Source of the DNA: a virus
Taxonomy: Duplodnaviria; Heunggongvirae; Uroviricota; Caudoviricetes
Virus record (IMG/VR): IMGVR_UViG_2645727843_000004
Reading direction: 5' to 3' (one strand)
Length of the DNA stretch: 17,802 nucleotides
Shown here: positions 8,928 to 16,320 of the stretch, in pieces
Layout of the letters: the number at the start of each line of letters is the position of its first letter
How positions within the stretch are numbered: the stretch's first letter is position 1
Notes under the pieces: generated by a model
Databases searched by the model: none
Seen by the model: the letters and a program-made list of their open reading frames with translations, nothing else
Told to the model about the DNA's origin: nothing
Program-made: the position numbers and the translations under genes

Positions 8928-9396
8928 GCTCCTCTCCTTTGATGCGAATACCAGCAACACGTAGTACGTGCTCTAAATCAGCCAGATAAATCCAGCAGCC
9001 ATTTTCTTTAGGTATCATGACGTGGCGCTCATCAGCATTTATCGGATGTCCATATCGAAGGCCGTAGCGAGTCGGTAAATGAACTTCCCGCGCTTCCAGC
9101 TCTTTAACGCGCTCCTCGAGTTCGTAGACTCTGCATTGTTCTTCATCATCAATCAGATATAACCCTAGACATTCGCTTTCTACCCAGCCACCGAAATCAT
9201 GATCGTAACGCTCACACGAAAACTCACCATCGCTGTCCTTTGTTGGAATGGTGTAACTGTCTAATGGGCCACCATACGTCGGTACATTTCCCAATTTCGG
9301 ATGCTCAATCCACATGAAAAATGCACGTCCGGTTATTGGGCAAATATCTGGTCGCCATTGGTTACTCACTGTTTGCCTCCTGGAAAATAACTGCAT
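8905..9396 (-). CDS. Hypothetical protein (163 aa)
   Basis: ATG at 9396 with GGAGAAG upstream; overlaps the 3' end of the DUF4406 gene by about 35 nt. Alternative start MWIEHPK at 9315. Confidence 0.5.
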   Translation of the reverse strand: MQLFSRRQTVSNQWRPDICPITGRAFFMWIEHPKLGNVPTYGGPLDSYTIPTKDSDGEFSCERYDHDFGGWVESECLGLYLIDDEEQCRVYELEERVKELEAREVHLPTRYGLRYGHPINADERHVMIPKENGCWIYLADLEHVLRVAGIRIKGEEHGNKTRR

Positions 9397-9661
9397 GCCC
9401 CAGCTTCTCCGCCAGTGCCAGTTCTGCCTTAGCGCCTGCCGACCGCTGCCAGCCTTTCAGCATGTAAATCGCATCCACGCAGCGTATCATTGACATGCAA
9501 ATATCCATGTAGTGCGGCTGTGTCAGCCCGTCCGGAAGTACTGCCGGGTTTAAGACTGTATGCCCTTCCCGTTTCAGTTCCTCTTCCGCCTTGTGGAACG
9601 CCTCACGGTTGAAATTTTTATACCCGGTCATCGGACCGGCGATATAAACCCTCACCCTCAC
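9362..9661 (-). CDS. DUF4406 / nucleoside 2-deoxyribosyltransferase-like protein
   Basis: 99 aa: MRVRVYIAGPMTGYKNFNREAFHKAEEELKREGHTVLNPAVLP... (YIAGPMTG motif typical of this fold). Confidence 0.7.
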   Translation of the reverse strand: MRVRVYIAGPMTGYKNFNREAFHKAEEELKREGHTVLNPAVLPDGLTQPHYMDICMSMIRCVDAIYMLKGWQRSAGAKAELALAEKLGHAVIFQEANSE

Positions 9662-10050
9662 TCCATCACCTCCTGAAAATTACCCCGATAGAACGCCAGT
9701 ACACGTTGCATTGATTCGCTGTTACGGCATTCCCGGCAAATTATGTTCATGTCTCTGTCGTAGCGACGGATTTCACCATCAGGTAACTTCCGGACCAGTG
9801 CCGGGTCAGCTTTCTTCGGAGTTTTACACCACGCCTGATACGCCTGTTCTGATACAAAAACACCGTATTTACCGGATATGTACAAATCACCACAAGCAAC
9901 CACATCCACAAGACAACGTCTGACCGTATGCCAGCCCGCCCCCGTTGCCCTCTCCAGTTGCGACATCGTCATGCGTTTGTTCCTGTGTACCAGCCCGATA
10001 ATTCGTGCCTTCAGTTCTTCCCGCTGTTCAGGTGTAAAAACGCTTGCCAT
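9658..10050 (-). CDS. Hypothetical protein with a putative HTH segment (130 aa)
   Basis: AGGAGG SD before the ATG at 10050; segment MTMSQLERATGAGWHTVRRCL looks helix-turn-helix-like; ATGA overlap with the next gene. Confidence 0.55.
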   Translation of the reverse strand: MASVFTPEQREELKARIIGLVHRNKRMTMSQLERATGAGWHTVRRCLVDVVACGDLYISGKYGVFVSEQAYQAWCKTPKKADPALVRKLPDGEIRRYDRDMNIICRECRNSESMQRVLAFYRGNFQEVME

Positions 10051-10064
10051 GAGTCCTCCTGAAA

Positions 10065-10811
10065 TTACTTCGCAACCCTTAAATGACTGACATTTGAACG
10101 CCAGCTCTCCCAGTTAAAATTCACCCAGCGACCACCGTTCATGGTCATGCGGTCCATCACGCGCTCACCAAGCAGCGTATTCATCGCCGCATGGTTCAGG
10201 TTCGTCAGCATCCCGACGCTGTGCATCGAGGCCGTTCTGCGATCGACTATCTGGTTCAGTGTGACCTGTTCGTTACGCGTATCCCGCTGCATACCGATTT
10301 CATCCAGGATAAGCAGGTCAACTTCACACAACCCCTGCAAAAACTTTTCGCCCGAGTTTTTGTTGTCGTAGTTGCCGTGTAACGCCAGCATCACATCCGC
10401 CACCGTCACCACAATCACGCTGCGACCTTTCGCCAGAAGATGGTTGCCAATGGCTGCTGCCAGATGATTCTTTCCGGTACCCGGCTTACCGCTGAACACA
10501 AAATTCGTGCACCCGGTCATCAGTTCGTCAGCTATGGATTTGGCCTGGCTCAGCGCGTATTTTTGCCCGTCGTTCTGCACCTGATAATTCGCAAACGAGC
10601 ATTTGCTGTGCAGAGGCTGGATGCCCGAACGATTCAGGATTTTTTCCACCCGCAACTGGTGATTCTGGCGGTTAATCTCCTCGCTGCGTTTTCGTCCTTC
10701 AGCAAGTTGCCATTCCCGCCACTCCTCCACCGTCCGGTACGGTGGAACCGACGCCTGTGGTGCAAGTCTGCGAATACGTTCAAGAACCCCGGCTGCCGCA
10801 ATGTTTTTCAT
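10065..10811 (-). CDS. DnaC/IstB-like helicase-loader ATPase
   Basis: 248 aa with Walker A GKPGTGKNHLAAAIG and Walker B DLLILDEIG; starts 6 nt after the stop of the initiator gene. Confidence 0.85.
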   Translation of the reverse strand: MKNIAAAGVLERIRRLAPQASVPPYRTVEEWREWQLAEGRKRSEEINRQNHQLRVEKILNRSGIQPLHSKCSFANYQVQNDGQKYALSQAKSIADELMTGCTNFVFSGKPGTGKNHLAAAIGNHLLAKGRSVIVVTVADVMLALHGNYDNKNSGEKFLQGLCEVDLLILDEIGMQRDTRNEQVTLNQIVDRRTASMHSVGMLTNLNHAAMNTLLGERVMDRMTMNGGRWVNFNWESWRSNVSHLRVAK

Positions 10812-10817
10812 GCCACA

Positions 10818-11933
10818 TCACCCCCTGAATCCCGGCGGAATTTCGGTATCCGGTTCAGAAATATGATTCACACAACGCTGGTTGTTCGTGCCGCTTACCG
10901 GGAGCAACCAGGGGTTTTCAAAATTCCGGTCCGGCCCAAAAAACGTCGTCGCTCGCTGAACAAATTCCGTTCCCGCTTTCCCGGTCGCCGCCAGGTATCT
11001 CGCGTAACGCCTCACACCATCCAGCATGGTCTCTGGTGGCACCCCCTCGCGCAATCTGGCCTTCCAGGCACTGAATGCGGATTTCTTCGGGTTTGCTCCG
11101 GCACGCAACGGGTACTCCCGCCAGACCTGTTCGAACACATCCGGATAATCCACTCGTCCCACAGACTGCCCGGTGTTTTCCGGGACTACCCGATCGGCTT
11201 CCCGCTGAATGGCGGAATCGGCTTCAGGCTGCTGCAGTTGGTGTGATTGCTCCGACCCTGCGGTCATCACCTGCTGCACAGCGCCCGAATCGGCTTTCAG
11301 CGCATACGCTGAATCGGCTTCCGGTGTCGTGCCTGCTGGCTGACCAGGATTGACGGTCTGAACATCCCCTGCCTGGTTCGTGGTGTTTTTTTTGCCATGA
11401 ACCATAGTGTTTTTGTCCTGTTCCTGTTCTTTCTCCTGCTCCTGTTCCTGTTCTTGGCTTCGAAGCCCCTTAAAAGCCCCTTCGAAGCCCCTTACCGAAT
11501 TTCGGCTATTATTCCGCCTCACATCCAGATGGAAATCCGTTTTATATCTGTCGTAAAACACTGACAGAAAAGCGTTTTCAGGTAATGATGCATACTCATT
11601 CCTGACACCTGCACAACGGTTATCGCCAGGCTTCAACGTTTCCCCAACCTGCCAGGCTGCCATTTCATGGACCCAGACCATCTCTGCATCATGGTCATAG
11701 CTACAAAAACCAGCTTCAACAGCCCTTTTAAGCCCCTTTGAAGCCCCTTCCAGACCAAGCCCGGTTTCATGAGCAAGGTATAAAACTGGCAGGTAATACA
11801 AACCCAGCATATTTGCGTGAGGGGATGTCATCAGGTAAAAAGCAACAACTTGCGCTTCTGCACCCGCCTTTCTAAGTTCTCTCCCCGTTTCTCCCAGCCA
11901 GAATCGCGGAGAAACTTTTGCGTAATCACGCAT
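10818..11933 (-). CDS. Replication initiator (O-like / YdaU-like replisome organiser) with a low-complexity EQ linker
   Basis: ATG at 11933 preceded by GAGG (the track's longer ORF starts at 12044 without an SD). Contains an internal (EQ)n linker and two clusters of direct repeats (iterons); immediately upstream of the DnaC-like gene. Confidence 0.7.
   Translation of the reverse strand: MRDYAKVSPRFWLGETGRELRKAGAEAQVVAFYLMTSPHANMLGLYYLPVLYLAHETGLGLEGASKGLKRAVEAGFCSYDHDAEMVWVHEMAAWQVGETLKPGDNRCAGVRNEYASLPENAFLSVFYDRYKTDFHLDVRRNNSRNSVRGFEGAFKGLRSQEQEQEQEKEQEQDKNTMVHGKKNTTNQAGDVQTVNPGQPAGTTPEADSAYALKADSGAVQQVMTAGSEQSHQLQQPEADSAIQREADRVVPENTGQSVGRVDYPDVFEQVWREYPLRAGANPKKSAFSAWKARLREGVPPETMLDGVRRYARYLAATGKAGTEFVQRATTFFGPDRNFENPWLLPVSGTNNQRCVNHISEPDTEIPPGFRG
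11400..11460. repeat. Imperfect CTGTTC tandem repeat encoding the (EQ)n linker of the initiator
   Basis: ctgttcctgttctttctcctgctcctgttcctgttc translates on the minus strand to QEQEQEQEKEQEQ. Confidence 0.8.
11463..11493. repeat. Iteron-like direct repeats (3 x AAGCCCCTT at 11-bp spacing), candidate origin
   Basis: Copies at 11463, 11474 and 11485, followed by an AT-richer stretch (about 11495-11590); located inside the initiator gene as ori-lambda is inside O. Confidence 0.5.
11721..11750. repeat. Second iteron-like cluster (3 x about 10-bp AGCCCCTT-like units)
   Basis: AGCCCTTTTA / AGCCCCTTTG / AAGCCCCTTC at 11721-11750, about 260 bp from the first cluster. Confidence 0.45.
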
Positions 11934-12150
11934 GGCTACCTCATCTGGTGCCGAACCTTCCTCCGGATATAATCTGTGGTTCCCAATCGACAGAACCAGA
12001 GGAGGTTCGACATGTATTTTTTGAAAAGCCTTTATCAGGCTCATGTATTAAATGTTGCAGCAACAAACCGCTGGTGTAACAGCCCCGAAATGCTCCCGGA
12101 TTACAGAGCCTGGCTGCGCGCCGAAACATACCTTCGTCTCGACATATTGA

Positions 12151-12660
12151 TTAGCGAACTTCAAAAAGAGACTGCATCCATTCATAACCTTCAGGGTATC
12201 GACGCTGTTCGCATTCTGGTATCGCGCCATAGTGCTCTCTCAATAATTGAAGTGCGTCATCTCTCTTTTTCTGAACTGATTTTCTTGCTTCAACCAGCTC
12301 TGGAATCAGCGAATATCCCACCGGAAGTGATCCAATACCCACCTCATGTTGACGAGCAGTTACAAGATGTGCCATACAACCAGCGTGCTGGATTGACTCC
12401 CTGCTCAGAGGCTGAATGGGATCACTCTCTGCTGAAGAAATACCAAGATTTGTATAATCCTCAATAAGCCCGGCACACGCTTCTGCATCAGCCAGCTTTA
12501 TTCTGGTTTCCTTGCGCTGTTCTCTGGCTGACAAACGCCAGAGCAGCGCATTAGCTTTATGTATCAACCACTCTGCCAGCTCCACATCAGATAAACCGCC
12601 ACGCCAGATGTGCGGACTGTTTTCGTAAACGCTCAGTGTCAATTTTTTGTCATTACTCAT
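12151..12660 (-). CDS. Hypothetical protein (about 170 aa) between the YdaT-like gene and the initiator
   Basis: ATG at 12660, 13 nt after the upstream stop; protein-like composition (MSNDKKLTLSVYENSPHIWRGG...ALQLLREHYGAIPE). Competes with an antisense plus-strand ORF at 12012-12467. Confidence 0.4.
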   Translation of the reverse strand: MSNDKKLTLSVYENSPHIWRGGLSDVELAEWLIHKANALLWRLSAREQRKETRIKLADAEACAGLIEDYTNLGISSAESDPIQPLSRESIQHAGCMAHLVTARQHEVGIGSLPVGYSLIPELVEARKSVQKKRDDALQLLREHYGAIPECEQRRYPEGYEWMQSLFEVR

Positions 12661-12673
12661 ATTTATTACCCAA

Positions 12674-13099
12674 TTAATGCACAGCCAGAGTGTTTCCTGC
12701 CGGGCCACCACGATTCATCTGATCGAACAGAACGATCGCTGATGCAACGAAATCATCAATATCTTTCACCAGCCGTTCCTTCGTCTCTACCAACTCCCGA
12801 AAATAAGCGGAACTGTGGCTGCGCATTCGGGCCACCAGCAGAGGCGGCATTGCTTTTTCGATAGCTGGTAACAGAGCCTGCATTTTTTCAACGGCATCAG
12901 GAGTATCTTTCTTTACCCAGCGGAAAATTTTCTGGGTATTGCGAGCCAGGGCTTCCGGATGGCTGTCGTCATACAGTTCTGGGAACGTCATACCCAACTC
13001 AAAATAAGCCTGGGTTATTCCAGCTGCTGGAACTTTTTCGCCATCAGGACGCGCCCAGGCATTCATCGCCATGCGGATGTGTTCATGCTTGATTTTCAT
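12674..13099 (-). CDS. YdaT-like (CII-position) early regulator
   Basis: 141 aa, MKIKHEHIRMAMNAWARPDGEKVPAAGITQAYFELGMTFPELYDD...; ATGA overlap with the Cro-like gene. Arrangement matches Rac ydaS-ydaT. Confidence 0.6.
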   Translation of the reverse strand: MKIKHEHIRMAMNAWARPDGEKVPAAGITQAYFELGMTFPELYDDSHPEALARNTQKIFRWVKKDTPDAVEKMQALLPAIEKAMPPLLVARMRSHSSAYFRELVETKERLVKDIDDFVASAIVLFDQMNRGGPAGNTLAVH

Positions 13100-13359
13100 G
13101 AATCAACTCCCAGCGCGGGTTGTGTGTTAGCCTGATAGTCAACAGGTATGCCATCGGTTGGGTTGGGGTAAGTACTGCTATCAATCTCGTGCGGGGTCAC
13201 TACCCACCCTGTTGCTTCACACCAGCGTAAAACTTTCCCCCCCGTAAGTTTCGCCCGTCCAGTAATAACATGGCTTACCATCCCTTGGGTTACCCCAACA
13301 ATTTCAGCAAAATCTTTCTGGGTTATACGGGAATGATGCAAATATTCTCCAAGATTCAT
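13096..13359 (-). CDS. Cro-like HTH protein (YdaS/DicC-type)
   Basis: 87 aa with HTH ITQKDFAEIVGVTQGMVSHVITG; SD GAGGTG; divergent from the repressor gene across an operator-bearing spacer. Confidence 0.75.
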   Translation of the reverse strand: MNLGEYLHHSRITQKDFAEIVGVTQGMVSHVITGRAKLTGGKVLRWCEATGWVVTPHEIDSSTYPNPTDGIPVDYQANTQPALGVDS

Positions 13360-13389
13360 TGTTCACCTCATGTTATGTGACCATGATCA

Positions 13390-13432
13390 TTAATAGCATT
13401 GTTATTTTTGAAAGTAAATAGCATCGCTATTT
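13390..13432. promoter_or_regulatory. Right operator region: two 15-bp palindromic operators overlapping a PR-like promoter
   Basis: AATAGCATTGTTATT (13392-13406) and AATAGCATCGCTATT (13418-13432, perfect palindrome AATAGC-N3-GCTATT). On the minus strand -35 TTTACT (13418-13413), 17-nt spacer, -10 TATTAA (13395-13390). Confidence 0.55.
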
Positions 13433-13466
13433 CAAAGAGATTAATAATCTTATTAGAATTGAAGGT

Positions 13467-13967
13467 ATGAAAAGAAAACCCCTGTCAGAGATCGACCTGC
13501 AAGCCGCCCAGAGACTGAAAGAAATCTGGACGACGAAAAAAACTCAACTTGGGTTAACCCAAGAGCGTGCGGCAGAAATTCTGGGTTTTTCGACACAAGG
13601 GGCAGTAAGCCATTATCTAAATGGTCAGACACCTTTAAATCTAGAGGCTGTTATCAAGTTCGCTGGGTTGCTACAAGTTCCGCCTGAGTCAATTAGACCA
13701 GATATGGCAGACTTGTTACGAATTGTAAGGATGTACCCCCAAGAACTGCAGCAGGATAATGTTGTCGCTTTACCCGCAGAGATGGAGCAATCGGAAAACG
13801 AACTTCCGTTTAATATAGAACCTATAGAGCGAGATTTGATCCAGACGTTCAGGGCTTTCCCAAAAGAAGACAAAGAGAAAATGCTTAAGGAAATGAAGGA
13901 GAAAAAAGAATCAATTGAAGAAACCGTTGCGCGGTGGCTAGAGGCGCAAAAAGGTCGTCGCGCCTAA
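13467..13967 (+). CDS. Prophage repressor, RacR/DicA-type (XRE HTH, no S24 peptidase domain)
   Basis: 166 aa with HTH LTQERAAEILGFSTQGAVSHYLNGQ and an acidic/lysine-rich C-terminus; divergent from the Cro-like gene; same strand as the downstream dicB-type operon. Confidence 0.8.
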   Translation: MKRKPLSEIDLQAAQRLKEIWTTKKTQLGLTQERAAEILGFSTQGAVSHYLNGQTPLNLEAVIKFAGLLQVPPESIRPDMADLLRIVRMYPQELQQDNVVALPAEMEQSENELPFNIEPIERDLIQTFRAFPKEDKEKMLKEMKEKKESIEETVARWLEAQKGRRA

Positions 13968-13984
13968 TCTGAGGAGGTTAGAAC

Positions 13985-14176
13985 ATGAGTACAGTCCTTT
14001 CCCCGATAATTTCAGAATTTGAAACAATCGAACAAGAAAACAGCTATAACGAATGGTTACGCACCAAAGTGGCAGCAAGCCTCGCAGACCCCCGTCCTGC
14101 AATTCCGCATGACGAAGTAATGGCTGAAATGGAAAACCTTATTGCGCAAATAGCTTCGACGAACAGGAGTGAGTAA
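13985..14176 (+). CDS. Putative antitoxin partnered with the downstream ParE/RelE toxin
   Basis: 63 aa, strong SD GAGGAGG; TAATG stop/start overlap with the toxin gene; 17 nt downstream of the repressor stop. Family not assigned. Confidence 0.65.
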   Translation: MSTVLSPIISEFETIEQENSYNEWLRTKVAASLADPRPAIPHDEVMAEMENLIAQIASTNRSE

Positions 14177-14466
14177 TGCTGCCCATTTTATGGCTACCTT
14201 CTGCGCGTGATGATTTGCGTCAGATCGTGGCCTATATTGCCAAGGAAAACCCTCCCGCTGCACGTAGACTAAAAATACGCATTGAAACATCAGTTTTGTC
14301 ACTTTCTGAACACCCTTACCTGTATCCACCAAGCGAAAGAGCTCTAGGCCTTCGTGAGATAGTGACCCATCCTAACTACATAATACTTTACCGAGTAACA
14401 GCATCTAACATCGAGATCGTAAATGTAGTTCACTCACGAAGGCAGTATCCAAACAAAAGCTGTTAA
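14176..14466 (+). CDS. RelE/ParE-superfamily toxin
   Basis: 96 aa: MLPILWLPSARDDLRQIVAYIAKENPPAARRLKIRIETSVLSLSEHPYLYPPSERALGLREIVTHPNYIILYRVTASNIEIVNVVHSRRQYP (ParE/RelE fold signature). Confidence 0.8.
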   Translation: MLPILWLPSARDDLRQIVAYIAKENPPAARRLKIRIETSVLSLSEHPYLYPPSERALGLREIVTHPNYIILYRVTASNIEIVNVVHSRRQYPNKSC

Positions 14467-14481
14467 TCATTCCTACCAACA

Positions 14482-14504
14482 ACCACCTTCGGGTGGTTTT
14501 TTTT
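14482..14504 (+). terminator. Intrinsic terminator ending the repressor-TA operon
   Basis: ACCACC-TTCG-GGTGGT hairpin (14482-14497) followed by T8. Confidence 0.7.
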
Positions 14505-14522
14505 CTTACCTCCAAAAAAAAC

Positions 14523-14564
14523 AATAGCATTACTATTTACACAATAAAATAGCAGTGCTATTGT
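14523..14564 (+). promoter_or_regulatory. Left operator region with PL-like promoter for the dicB-type operon
   Basis: AATAGCATTACTATT (14523-14537) and AATAGCAGTGCTATT (14548-14562); -35 TTTACA (14536-14541), 17-nt spacer, -10 TATTGT (14559-14564). Confidence 0.55.
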
Positions 14565-14740
14565 TTATTCATCACCCACCCACCCCACAGAATGCAGGGC
14601 AATACCTCGAGTTACCCGGCAGTGGCCAGGGGTTAAGTAGCCAGCCCGAGGCGTATGAACATGACGGCGGGAACACTTTGTATAACAGCGCAGCAGGTTT
14701 TTAGTTCCGCGACCCGGCGTTAAGGGTAAATGAGGTCAAC

Positions 14741-14893
14741 ATGGATATGCTCAATCTTGGCAACAACGAATCTCTGGTATGCGGAGTATTCCCCAACCTG
14801 GACGGCACGTTCACCGCGATGACGTATACCAGAAGCAAAACGTTTAAAACGGAAGCTGGCGCGCGTCGCTGGTTAGCAAGAAACTCTGACTGA
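14741..14893 (+). CDS. ydfA: YdfA-like small protein (50 aa), first gene of the dicB-type operon
   Basis: SD GAGG six nt upstream; MDMLNLGNNESLVCGVFPNLDGTFTAMTYTRSKTFKTEAGARRWLARNSD; TGATG coupling to the next gene. Below the ORF-track cutoff. Confidence 0.55.
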   Translation: MDMLNLGNNESLVCGVFPNLDGTFTAMTYTRSKTFKTEAGARRWLARNSD

Positions 14894-15543
14894 TGAGATT
14901 GACGATGGAATTTAAAGATTTACCTCCTTCAATCCAGGAGATTGCAGCACACACACTTCGTCATCGTCTGAACGAACTTGAATTGGAATCGGTAACGAAA
15001 AAAGACACTGATAATATGGCTCGTAATGTGCGCGATGCGTTTACCGGATTGTATTTCTGTGCGTCTATAAATAAACACGACTCAGAGAGTATGGCAAATA
15101 AAATTGCAGAAACGACAGCGCAAAACATCAATACGAAACCAACGGAAGAAGAAATTGATCAGTTTGCTCATGATGCTGGTTTAAAAAACAAGAAAGAAAA
15201 ATCGCCATATGCGGGGAACATGTTTGTTTATGACAATCTCATTAGAATTCGTGGCGAAATTCCGGCGGAATACCTGGCAAGAGTCCATCAGGCATTGCTT
15301 AAAAATTTGGAAACAGAATTATTTGATGGCAACACTAACGGTTTCTTCATGGTATCAGGCCTTGAGAAAGACTGGGATGCAGAAAAACGCTGGAATGTTG
15401 CTACATGGTTATTCAGTAACAGAGCCGCTGCACTGGAAGCTTCGGCATGTATTTGCGGCCTGTTCTTAACAGACCACAAATATAATCTGGATGTGTACAG
15501 TTATATTTACGCTGAACACGGTCCACTCTGGATTGACTGGTAA
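14893..15543 (+). CDS. Hypothetical 216-aa protein; variable cargo in the dicB-type operon
   Basis: Translationally coupled to the ydfA-like gene; no motif I recognise; occupies the slot where K-12 Qin has the short ydfB and ydfC. Confidence 0.6.
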   Translation: MRLTMEFKDLPPSIQEIAAHTLRHRLNELELESVTKKDTDNMARNVRDAFTGLYFCASINKHDSESMANKIAETTAQNINTKPTEEEIDQFAHDAGLKNKKEKSPYAGNMFVYDNLIRIRGEIPAEYLARVHQALLKNLETELFDGNTNGFFMVSGLEKDWDAEKRWNVATWLFSNRAAALEASACICGLFLTDHKYNLDVYSYIYAEHGPLWIDW

Positions 15544-15753
15544 TTATAAGGAAACACCAGCAGGGCCGCGGCGACCAACAGAACGATTAAAATCAATAAT
15601 GCCATTATAAAGGACATTATTTAATTTATCGTCGAATGCTGATTCTGTGAGCCTCAACTCTGAATGAGTTTTTAATAACCCTGATTGCCTGAGTTGATTT
15701 ACCAGGCATTCAATCTGTTTTTCAATAAGCGGATTTCTTTTTTTGTTTGGCAT
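15544..15753 (-). CDS. Hypothetical 69-aa protein, convergent with the 216-aa gene
   Basis: ATG at 15753 with SD GGAGGA 5 nt upstream (MPNKKRNPLIEKQIECLVNQLRQSGLL...); its stop abuts the stop of the 216-aa gene with no terminator between them. Confidence 0.45.
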   Translation of the reverse strand: MPNKKRNPLIEKQIECLVNQLRQSGLLKTHSELRLTESAFDDKLNNVLYNGIIDFNRSVGRRGPAGVSL

Positions 15754-16092
15754 TTTATCCTCCATTGAGGTTCTGGGTTAAAAATGGAGACCAACACGCT
15801 GTCACGTGTGGTCGTGCGCCGGACACGGATAAGAATCCGGTACTGACAGTTTACTGAAAGGATATTTCCCTGAAAAGTCAGGGCATAACGCGAAAGCGTA
15901 CGGCGAAGCTCTTTCCCTTAGAAGGCTTGTCGTTAGATTTCTTCGAACGTGCGCTTCCGGTTGTGGCAATCCGCGAAATGGCGCGGCGGTAAGTATGGCG
16001 GGGTTATTCCTTCCCCAGTTGAGGACACCGGGTTGTCAGGTTGACCATACGCTTAAGTGACAACCCCGCTACAACGCCCTCTGTTATCAATA

Positions 16093-16150
16093 TTCTGGTG
16101 ACATTTGGCGGTATCAGTTTTACTCCGTGACTGCTCTGCCGCCCTTTTTT
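16093..16150 (+). ncRNA. dicF: DicF-like small RNA (ftsZ-targeting sRNA of the dicB operon)
   Basis: TTCTGGTGACATTTGGCGGTATCAGTTTTACTCCGTGACTGCTCTGCCGCCCTTTTTT closely matches my recollection of E. coli DicF, including the GGCGG...CCGCC terminator stem and T-tract; it sits just upstream of dicB, as in Qin. Confidence 0.7.
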
Positions 16151-16320
16151 AAAAGTGAATTTTGTGATGCGGTGAATGCGGCTCAGCACACGCGGAACAG
16201 TTAAAACCAAAAACAGTGTTATGGGTGGATTCTCTGTATCCGGCGTTAATTGTTAACTGGTTAACGTCACCTGGAGGCACCAGGCACCGCATCACAAAAT
16301 TCATTGTTGAGGACGCGATA

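Noticed and set aside
10141-11353. Plus-strand ORFs including the 268-aa ORF at 10440-11246
   Set aside because: Antisense to the DnaC-like and initiator genes, which have clear Walker motifs and operon context.
11463-14564. Possible CRISPR array suggested by short repeated motifs
   Set aside because: The repeats are 9-15 bp iterons and operator palindromes with irregular context, not 25-40-bp direct repeats with unique spacers of uniform length.
14570-14740. Lambda-N-type antiterminator or nut site in the PL leader
   Set aside because: No Arg-rich small ORF and no boxA/boxB-like element I could recognise; the first gene is YdfA-like, consistent with a DicA/RacR-type system that lacks N.
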